Below, in pieces: positions 31,090-39,600 of a DNA stretch of 64,000 bases. The notes under the pieces were generated by a model. It was not told the origin of the DNA. It searched no databases and saw nothing but the letters and a program-made list of their open reading frames with translations. How positions within the stretch are numbered: the first letter of the stretch is position 1; each line of letters starts with the position of its first letter. Where the stretch lies: positions 14,605-78,604 of the forward strand of contig MAAT01000039.1 in the NCBI GenBank assembly GCA_002162815.1, given 5' to 3'. The position numbers and the translations under genes were made by a program. Origin of the DNA: Gammaproteobacteria bacterium 53_120_T64. GTDB taxonomy: Bacteria; Pseudomonadota; Gammaproteobacteria; Pseudomonadales; Porticoccaceae.

Positions 31090-32193
31090 ATGAAAACAAA
31101 AGCCGCAGTGCTTTATGAAATCGGTTCGCCTTTGGTTATTGAAGAGCTGGAATTGGAAGGCCCGAAAGAAAATGAAATTTTAGTGAACTACACCGCCAGT
31201 GGTATTTGCCACAGCGATTACTCCTTTGCTCATGGCGTACTGCCAACGCAATTGCCAGCCGTACTCGGTCACGAGGGCGCGGGTATCGTTGAAGAAGTCG
31301 GCGCCAATGTCACCAACGTAAAAGTTGGCGATCATGTTGTTGCCGCTCTGACTCCCGCCTGTGGTAAGTGTACTTTCTGCTTGGAGAGCAAGCCTTTTCT
31401 CTGTGCTGAAATGTCCAGTGTTATTTGGGAAGGTTGCCTGCTCGATGGCACCAAACGCTTTAAAAACAGCAAGGGCGAAGATGTTGGCCAGCTGGTATGT
31501 GTTGGCACCTTTTCTGAGCGTTCGGTTATTCCCGCCGGCATGGCGATTAAGGTGGATGACAAAGCCCCTCTCGACACCATTTGCTTGATCGGTTGTGGTG
31601 TGACCACCGGTGTTGGCGCAGCATTGAATACCGTCGACATTAAAGAGGGTGACAGCTGTGCTGTTATTGGCTGTGGTGGTGTTGGCTTGTCGATTATTCA
31701 AGGCTGTCGTATTGCCGGTGCCGGTCAGATCATTGCTATCGACCCGGTTGCTGAAAAGCGTGAGCTGGCACTGAGTATGGGTGCAACGATCGCTATCGAC
31801 CCCACTGATATCAATATTGTTAAAGAGATCCGTAAGGTCAGCAAGGGCGGTGTTCACTTTGCCTTTGAAGCACTCGGTTTGAAAGTGACTATCGAGCAAG
31901 CCTGGGCCATGCCTCGCGTTACCGGTACTGCAGTGATTGTTGGCGTGCCGAAAATGGATACCGAGCTTGAATTACCCGTATTAGGCTTCTTCGGTGAGAA
32001 GCACTTTAAGGGTTCTGCCTACGGTAGCTCCGTACCTTCAAAGGACATCCCCAAGTTTGTCGACCTGTATATGAAGGGCGAATTACAGCTTGACGAGATG
32101 ATCACCAAGCGCATTAAACTTGAAGACGTGAATACTGCCTTTGACGAAATGGGTCGTGGTGAAGGTGCGCGTTCAGTCATTATGCACGGCTAA
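31090..32193 (+). CDS. zinc-dependent alcohol dehydrogenase, paralog 2 (tandem duplicate)
   Basis: Same motifs and length (367 vs 368 aa) as its neighbour. Confidence 0.8.
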   Translation: MKTKAAVLYEIGSPLVIEELELEGPKENEILVNYTASGICHSDYSFAHGVLPTQLPAVLGHEGAGIVEEVGANVTNVKVGDHVVAALTPACGKCTFCLESKPFLCAEMSSVIWEGCLLDGTKRFKNSKGEDVGQLVCVGTFSERSVIPAGMAIKVDDKAPLDTICLIGCGVTTGVGAALNTVDIKEGDSCAVIGCGGVGLSIIQGCRIAGAGQIIAIDPVAEKRELALSMGATIAIDPTDINIVKEIRKVSKGGVHFAFEALGLKVTIEQAWAMPRVTGTAVIVGVPKMDTELELPVLGFFGEKHFKGSAYGSSVPSKDIPKFVDLYMKGELQLDEMITKRIKLEDVNTAFDEMGRGEGARSVIMHG

Positions 32194-32274
32194 CTAGTCA
32201 CTTTTTAAACGTAGAGAGACCTGCATATAGGCGTGAATAAGCCCTATGTGCGGGTTTTAAACAGGGAAAAAATA

Positions 32275-33129
32275 ATGAAAGAATTAACATCAAGCCCATT
32301 TGTTGATGGCTTTGTTTTTCTCGAAGGCCCGCGCTGGCACGACGGCAAGCTCTGGGTTTCTGACATGTTCGATAATACTGTGTTTACAATAAGCACTGAC
32401 GGCCAGCGCACGCCAATGGCGACTTTGCCCAATCGTCCCTCTGGCATTAACTTTATGCCCGATGGCTCAGTGGTTGTTGTTTCAATGGCTGATCGCAAGT
32501 TGATGACGCTGGCTGAAGATGGCTCTTTAAGCGAGTACGCTGATTTATCCGCAAATCTTGAATACGATATCAACGACTGTGTTTGTGCGCCGAATGGCAA
32601 TATTTATGTCGGTACTTTTGGTTACGACGTATTTGCTCATGACGAGCCCAAGCCTGCGACACTGACTCTGGTTAGAACTGACGGCACCATTCAAACGGTT
32701 GCCGAAGACATGCACTTCCCCAATGGTGCGTGTATTACCTCCGACGGAAAAACGCTGATCGTGGCGGAAACCTTCGTTGGTCGTATCACCGCATTTACCA
32801 TTGAAGCCGATGGTACTTTGTCCGGGCGTCGGGTCTTTGCCGACTTGGGCGCCTACACTCCCGACGGTATTTGTCTCGATCAAGAGGGTGCTGTCTGGGT
32901 GGCCGCTTTCGAAAATGGTGAGTTTCTTCGCGTGCTGGATGGCGGCGAGATCACCCATAAAATCGATACTGGTGATCGTCGTGCCGTCGCCTGTAACCTC
33001 GGTGGCGCCGATGGAAAAACACTGTATTGCCTGATTTATGACGGCGATTTGGACGATATTCCAGCGGGTAAGCGCAATGCAAAAATCGAAACAGTAACCG
33101 TTGACGTTGCCGGTGCAGCTTCACCCTAG
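32275..33129 (+). CDS. SMP-30/gluconolactonase/LRE-family protein (beta-propeller hydrolase)
   Basis: …LEGPRWHDGKLWVSD… six-bladed propeller signature. Start placed at ATG 32275. Confidence 0.65.
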   Translation: MKELTSSPFVDGFVFLEGPRWHDGKLWVSDMFDNTVFTISTDGQRTPMATLPNRPSGINFMPDGSVVVVSMADRKLMTLAEDGSLSEYADLSANLEYDINDCVCAPNGNIYVGTFGYDVFAHDEPKPATLTLVRTDGTIQTVAEDMHFPNGACITSDGKTLIVAETFVGRITAFTIEADGTLSGRRVFADLGAYTPDGICLDQEGAVWVAAFENGEFLRVLDGGEITHKIDTGDRRAVACNLGGADGKTLYCLIYDGDLDDIPAGKRNAKIETVTVDVAGAASP

Positions 33130-33187
33130 TTTTGTCATAAGCTAGGGTAGAGCGTTATCGCGATAACGCTGTTCGCGTCTGTATCAA

Positions 33188-33220
33188 AAGGCCGGAGGTA
33201 ATACCTCCGGCCTTTTTTTA
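33188..33220 (+). terminator. rho-independent terminator
   Basis: ggccggagg-taata-cctccggcc followed by T7. Confidence 0.85.
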
Positions 33221-33830
33221 TCTGGCGCATTCAAGCCTGATGATAATGCTTGGTTGTCATCCTTATTCTATGATGTTTTGAAAAATGGCGTGCCATTTGA
33301 TGAGATGTTTTCCTGCTTTGTATGAGGGCATCTAATCCTATTTACTGCACAGGCTGAGCCGATTACAGGTCATGGCCACGGCTGTTGTTAGGCTTTTAAT
33401 AGCACTGTATGGGCAGGAATAATCTTATGCTTAACGTGGTATTTAAAACACCGGTCACATTTGTAAGTGATGGTTGTCCCCAGTGCATGTCCGTAACGCA
33501 TACTTGGTTGACTCCTGCCCCCCTGATAGACAAATATACCTTATCTAAGGGTGCCGAGATATCAGCCGCCTTTAAAGTAGTGAGACACTTTCCATAATAG
33601 CCGTACGACGTCCTGACCACTACAGTCCGAGGCCGAAAGATAAACGGCCGTTGTCGAAAAATGCGCTAACCCGAGAATATGCTCCAGAACACGGGGTGTA
33701 TATAATCAGTAAGACTGGCTGCAGAAGAGTCGTAGCAGAGGCGCTAAGGTTTTGGCAAGGTTAAGGAATTCCCAGTGCTCTGAGCGCACTCATCAGGGTT
33801 TGAAGCAGCATAAATATAGGGAGGTAGACA

Positions 33831-34523
33831 ATGTTGGTGCTTTTGATGTCCGAGAGTTTGGATCCGTTTTATCAGAATATTTCTTCATTTCCGACGGCAT
33901 TTTTTACCTTTTTTCTACTTATCACCGTATTGTTTTGGCTCGTGGCTGTCCTGGGTTTTGTCGATATCGATATTTTAGATTTTGACAGCGCAGGGGGGAG
34001 TGGCGCTTTAACGGTCAATCAGGATGGTGCTTTATCAAGCCCGGAGGTCTTGGCCGGCTTGTTGTTGCGCTTTGGACTGCAAGGTGTGCCACTCACTGTC
34101 ATTATCTCTTTGGTCTCGCTTGTTGGCTGGTTGCTTTGCTATTACGCCGTGCATTTTTTTTTCGGGGCAATAGCGGGCGGCCTACTGCGTTTTATCGTCG
34201 GCTTTATCGTTTTACTTGTAGCGCTGTATCTGGCCGTTATCGGTACAGCCCTTCTGATCAAGCCACTGCGGCCTTTATTTAAAAGCGCTCAACAAGGCAC
34301 AGCCAAGTCTATGCTGGGTAAAACGGTGCTGGTGCGCACCTCGCGTGTCGATCGGGACTTTGGTGAGGCCACCTTAGAGGATGGTGGCGCAGGTCTTGTG
34401 CTGAAAATTAGAGCGGATGGTGAGAATACATTTTCGAAGAGTGAACGGGTTGTATTGCTGGAATACATCGAGGAAAAAAATGTGTACCGGGTTATTTCGG
34501 AAAAAGAATTCTTAGGTCAATAG
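33831..34523 (+). CDS. NfeD-like / YqiJ-like inner-membrane protein (N-terminal TM helices + C-terminal OB-fold)
   Basis: About four hydrophobic helices, then a beta-rich C-terminus (GKTVLVRTSRVD…GLVLKIRADGEN…ERVVLLEY). GGGAGG RBS. Immediately upstream of a flotillin gene, as in yqiJ-yqiK / nfeD-floT pairs. Confidence 0.6.
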   Translation: MLVLLMSESLDPFYQNISSFPTAFFTFFLLITVLFWLVAVLGFVDIDILDFDSAGGSGALTVNQDGALSSPEVLAGLLLRFGLQGVPLTVIISLVSLVGWLLCYYAVHFFFGAIAGGLLRFIVGFIVLLVALYLAVIGTALLIKPLRPLFKSAQQGTAKSMLGKTVLVRTSRVDRDFGEATLEDGGAGLVLKIRADGENTFSKSERVVLLEYIEEKNVYRVISEKEFLGQ

Positions 34524-34628
34524 TGTATTAGCAGGTCTATATCGATCTGCCAATGCCAAGCATGAATAGATAAAAAATTATTCAATCATTACGGCTAGAT
34601 TTGTTAATTAACACATGGAGTGAACACT

Positions 34629-36551
34629 ATGGCTGATTTATCAGTACTTATGCCCATCTTGACGAGCGTTGGCGTCTTCTTCGTTATTCTATTAGGGCTT
34701 GCGGCCTTATTTAAAGCCTTCTATATCAAGGTTGATCAGGGTACTGCGTTGATTGTTAATGATATGAGTTCACAACCCAAGGTGCATTTTACCGGTGCTT
34801 TGGTCTACCCGATAATTTACAGAAGGGAATTAATGAAGGTCTCCTTGATTACCCTGGAGGTGGATAGACGGGGTAAAGATGGTTTGATTTGCGCTGATAA
34901 TATGCGTGCCGATATAACAGTGGCCTTTTATCTGCGAGTTAATGAAACCGCAGAAGATGTCTTGAAAGTTGCAAAATCCCTGGGCGCAGGTCGAGCCTCG
35001 GATAAAGACGCGGTCAACCAACTTTTTAATGCTAAGTTTTCTGAGGCCTTGAAAACCGTGGGTAAGCAGATTGACTTTGTCAATTTATTTGAGAACCGCC
35101 AGGAGTTTCGCGAAAAAATTATTGAGGTGATTGGTGATGATCTCAACGGTTATATCTTGGAAGATGTGGCGATTGATTACCTGGAGCAAACGCCGAAGTC
35201 CTCTCTGGACCCGACAAATATACTTGACGCCGAGGGTATTAAAAAAATCACCGAATTAACGGCTAAGCAAAATGTTAACACCAATATTTTGGAGCGCAAT
35301 GAAGAGTTAGCGATCAAGAAAAAGGACGTTGAAACCGTTGAGGCGATGTTGGAATTAAAGCGCCAGCAGGCCGATGCCGAGGCCAAGCAAGAGAGAGAGG
35401 TTCTTACAATCAGGGCTCGGGAAGAGGCCGAAACGACAAAAGTTCAGGAGGAAGAGCGCCAGAGAGCGGAGGAAGCGACGATCCGGGTGAATCAGGAGTT
35501 ATCCGTCAAGACAGAGAATCAACAGCGTGAAATTGAAGTTGCCGCGCAAAACCGTCAACGCGCGGTTGCTATTGAAGAGGAAAAAGTAGTGCGAGCGCGT
35601 GATCTAGAAATTGTGTCTAGAGAGAAAGAGGTGGACCTACAGAAAATAGCCGCAGAGAAATCCCTGGAAATTGAAAGAAAAGAAATAGCCAATGTAATTC
35701 GCGAGCGTGTTGTCGTCGATAAGACAGTGGCTATCGAGGAAGAGAAAATTAATGAGGTGCGAGAGGTTTCCGAGGCGGATCGTGCCAAGCAGGTCAAAGT
35801 GCTCGCTGCTGAGGCTCTTGCCGAAGAGGACAAAGTCAAACAGGTAAAAGCTGCCGAAGCAGAGGAACAGGCTGCTAAACACAAGGCCAGTGAGGTGATT
35901 ACGCTGGCCCAGGCCGATTTGGAAGCGGCGGAAAAAGGCGCGGAAGCTAAGAAGAAGCTGGCAGAGGGGATTCAGGCCGAAGAGGCTGCAACGGGCTTAT
36001 CTGAGGCGAGGGTACAGGCCGCCAAGGCGGAGTCCCTTGAAAAAGAAGGCTTGGCCGAAGCCAGTGTTATTCAGGCCAAAGGTAATGCCGAAGCAGACGC
36101 ACTGTTACATACCGGCAAGGCACAAGCGGATGTCACGTTAGCCCAGTTTAAGGCTGAAGCGGATGGTTTGACCGACAAGTTTACGGCTATGAATAATATG
36201 GATGAGGACTCAAGGGCTCACGAAGAATTCCGTATGAGCCTCGAGACCGCGCTTAAAGAAGCACTGGCGGCAATAGAGGCGGGCAAGGATATTGCGAAGG
36301 AAAATGCTGAGGTACTAGCCGTTGCCCTGGCTACGGCGAAAATTGATATCGTCGGCGGCGAAGATCATTTCTTCAATAATTTTGGCAAGGCGCTTTCAAT
36401 GGGTAAAGCGATTGATGGCTTAGTAGAAAAAAGTGGCACCCTTTCAGCCGTTATAAACCGCGTCATTGAGGGCAAGCCCCTGCTTGATACAGAGCAAAGT
36501 GAAAGGCAAGGGACCGATAGGAAAGACGCAGAATGCTCCCCGGCAGAGTGA
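34629..36551 (+). CDS. flotillin / SPFH (band-7) family protein, YqiK/FloT-like
   Basis: N-terminal TM anchor, an SPFH domain (…ALIVNDMSSQ…VSLITLEVDRRGKDGLICADNMRADITVAFYLRVNE…), then a long Glu/Ala/Lys-rich coiled-coil flotillin tail. Confidence 0.8.
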   Translation: MADLSVLMPILTSVGVFFVILLGLAALFKAFYIKVDQGTALIVNDMSSQPKVHFTGALVYPIIYRRELMKVSLITLEVDRRGKDGLICADNMRADITVAFYLRVNETAEDVLKVAKSLGAGRASDKDAVNQLFNAKFSEALKTVGKQIDFVNLFENRQEFREKIIEVIGDDLNGYILEDVAIDYLEQTPKSSLDPTNILDAEGIKKITELTAKQNVNTNILERNEELAIKKKDVETVEAMLELKRQQADAEAKQEREVLTIRAREEAETTKVQEEERQRAEEATIRVNQELSVKTENQQREIEVAAQNRQRAVAIEEEKVVRARDLEIVSREKEVDLQKIAAEKSLEIERKEIANVIRERVVVDKTVAIEEEKINEVREVSEADRAKQVKVLAAEALAEEDKVKQVKAAEAEEQAAKHKASEVITLAQADLEAAEKGAEAKKKLAEGIQAEEAATGLSEARVQAAKAESLEKEGLAEASVIQAKGNAEADALLHTGKAQADVTLAQFKAEADGLTDKFTAMNNMDEDSRAHEEFRMSLETALKEALAAIEAGKDIAKENAEVLAVALATAKIDIVGGEDHFFNNFGKALSMGKAIDGLVEKSGTLSAVINRVIEGKPLLDTEQSERQGTDRKDAECSPAE

Positions 36552-36635
36552 TATGCCCCAAGTATAAAAAAGCCATTAGCTAAAGCTTATGGCTCAGGGC
36601 ATTAGACTCACATATTCCGTTGAAAGGAGAGCCGC

Positions 36636-39600
36636 ATGGTGGAGCAAAATCGCTCTGATAATATCGATAGCGAACTTGTCGCGAGTGCCGTTGCCGATGG
36701 CAGTGCGTATGAGGTCATTCGCAAACGCCTGATTGCACAGGGGAACAATCTCGATCAAAAAACGCGTCAGCTCAATGAGGCGCGTTTGGAGGAGTTCGGT
36801 CGTTCTGATATGAACGTACTGACTCGTGTCCGGGTGCGCACTGAAAATAATTGTGTGGCCAGAGATATTGTTCAAGTTGGTGGGCATTTATTATTTGGTT
36901 ACAACGTTTTCATTGGCCTCAAAAAAGAAACCAAGATTGAAGATGTTTTTGCACTTTTTGATGTCCGTGAAACGGATAGTACTTATGAGATGAAGCCGGT
37001 ATCCATGGCCGGTACTTTTCTAACTGACAGTGATTTTGTCAATGACTTTAATGAGCTGTACCGCTATTACAAGCACACCAAACTCGTCGAGTTGACAATA
37101 AATAGAGGGGTGCTGCTGGCGGGTTTTCAAATTGGTGAGCGGCTTGATGATCTTCGCGTTTTCCGCTGGTCACTATCGGCCGATGGTGGCGATGTTACAT
37201 ACATCGATAATCGTGGTGAGCGCAATATCGAGCTACCGCCGGCCTATGACTTTGAATGGCTGAGCACTAGCCACGATGACACGGTTCATGGTCGTCATGC
37301 CCATGTCAATATTCTCGATACGGTGTTTGTCGAAACGCTCAATGGCGAGCTCACCATCAAAGTTGAAAATAACACCGAAGACGGCCTGGGTATCTATCGC
37401 GAACCGGTCGAGGATAAAACCCAGTCGATTGATGACGCCGAAATCAGCTATGTGGCTGTCGGTAGTTTAATTTTATTGCAGGTCTGTCCCTATCGTGAAG
37501 AGCGTCCACGCTACCTGATTTATAACACCGTGACGCAAGAGGTGCTGCGTGTCGATGCTATTGGTCAGTCTTGCGTGCAATTACCGGAAGACCACGGGAT
37601 TATTTTCCCCGGTGGCTATTACCTGCAAAGCGGTGAATACAAAACTTTTGACCAGGAGTTCAATGGGCTAACGTTTAAACGTTCAATCCCTTCCCCTAAT
37701 GGCGAAGATATTCTCTATGTGTTTTACGACCCGCTAGAAGGTGCCCTCGGCTTATTCCCCTATAACATGATTGATAAGCAGCTAAATAAGCCTATTTTTG
37801 CCCATGGTTATGCCCTGGCTGAAAATGGTCAGCTAGTGATTTTTTCTGCGGAGGCCGAGCCGACGCGCATACATCCCATGCAAATTTGGCAAACGCCTTA
37901 TGTCAGCGATGAATTTGCCAGCCAGGTGCCTGACAGTCAGACCTTCCTGGGGCGTATTGGTAATGCTGAGCTCGTTCGCGGGGTGTCAGACCTCTATAGC
38001 ATTAGCCGTTTAATTGATAATCAATCGGTCACTTCACGCTTGTATGAGGAGCTTAATAACAACTCAAAAAAAATATTTGAGGACCATTACTGGATTGATA
38101 GAGAAGAAGTGCAAGGTGTTGCCACTGTCTTAAAGGACGTTTCAGCAACGGCTGAATTGGTGATCGATGAGTTTGAAAAGGTTGAGGGTATTCGTCAGCA
38201 GTCTGCTAAAACCCTGTTGCTAGCTGAGCGAGAGCAGCAGAATTTGATCCTCTCGATCCGCCCCGAAAACTGGGAAAGTGCTGAGGACTATGTCGATGCC
38301 CTTGGTAAGCTGCGCCGTCAACGGGGCCATTTAGCCACGGTTAAAGATCATCGCTATATGGATGTTGCCCGCATCGAACATCTGGACAAGGAATTACAGG
38401 ATGTCGATGCGTCCCTGAGTGTGCAAATCCTAGATTTTCTTTCCGATGAAAGGGCTCTTGAACCCTATCGCCATAAAATTGCAGCTTTAGATAAGGACCT
38501 TGCAAGGGCCGAGAGCATCGTCGAACTTTCTCCTATCATTGTCGCCATTGAGGGCGTCGCCTCTGGCTTGGACTTACTCTCTGAATTAATGACCAGTTTG
38601 AAAGTAGACGATGCGACCGTGCGCACGGGTATTATTGACACAATTTCCGAAGTCTATGCAAGGTTAAATCAAAGTAAGGCCAGCGCTAAGCATCGGCAAA
38701 AAAACCTCGGTTCTGAGGAAGCCATTGCCCAGTTTAGTGCACAATTTAAATTGTTCACTCAAAGTATTACCAATGCTCTGGGCTTGGCGAGCAGCCCAGA
38801 GCAATGTGATGAGCAGCTGTCACGGCTCCTGGTTCAACTTGAAGAGCTGGAAAGTCAGTTCACCGACTTTGACCAGTTTCTAGCCGACATCGTTGGCAAG
38901 CGCGAAGAGATTTACGAAGCTTTTGAAAGCCACAAACAACAATTGATGGATGAGCGTCAACGCAAGGCGCAATCTGTGGCCGATGCCGCCGATCGTATTT
39001 TATCAAGTATTAGCAAACGCTCGCTAAAATTTACCGATGCTGATGAATTAAATACCTACTTTGCGGCGGATGCCTTGGTGATGAAGGCTCGCGATTTGGT
39101 GGAACGCTTACGTGAGCTGGATAGTGCCGTTAAAGCGGACGATGTTGAGTCGCGTCATAAAGCCATTGTCGAGCAAGCCCTGCGCTCACTGCGAGATAAG
39201 TCGGATATCTTTGAGGATGGCGGCAAGATCATCAGGCTGGGGCCACGGCATAAGTTTTCAGTCAACAAGCAGGAACTGGATTTAACCATCATTCCACGGG
39301 ATGGTGAGCTGAGTCTTCATTTGACCGGCACCAATTATTACGAGCCGATTGTCCACCCCGAATTATTGGCTGCGCGAGATTATTGGCAAATGTCGCTGGA
39401 GTCTGAAACCCGGAAGGTCTACCGGGGAGAGTTTTTAGCCGCGTTGATCATGGACGCCGCCCAGGTACAGCAGCAGGGTTTATCGATTGATGCTCTCAAT
39501 ACTGCGTTGCTTGACGACGCGGAGTTAGAAAAACTGGTGAGGAATTTCGCTAGCCCACGCTACAAAGAGGGTTATGAAAAGGGCGTGCATGACCACGATG

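Noticed and set aside
31180-31899. 239-aa minus-strand ORF inside the second Zn-ADH gene
   Set aside because: Antisense to a CDS with clear ADH motifs. Low-complexity Thr/Asn/Gly-rich translation. Spurious.
33396-33620. Two overlapping opposite-strand small ORFs (74 and 62 aa) in the 615-bp leader
   Set aside because: They are mutually antisense, lack RBSs, and have odd composition. Treated as non-coding, though the region itself is flagged.
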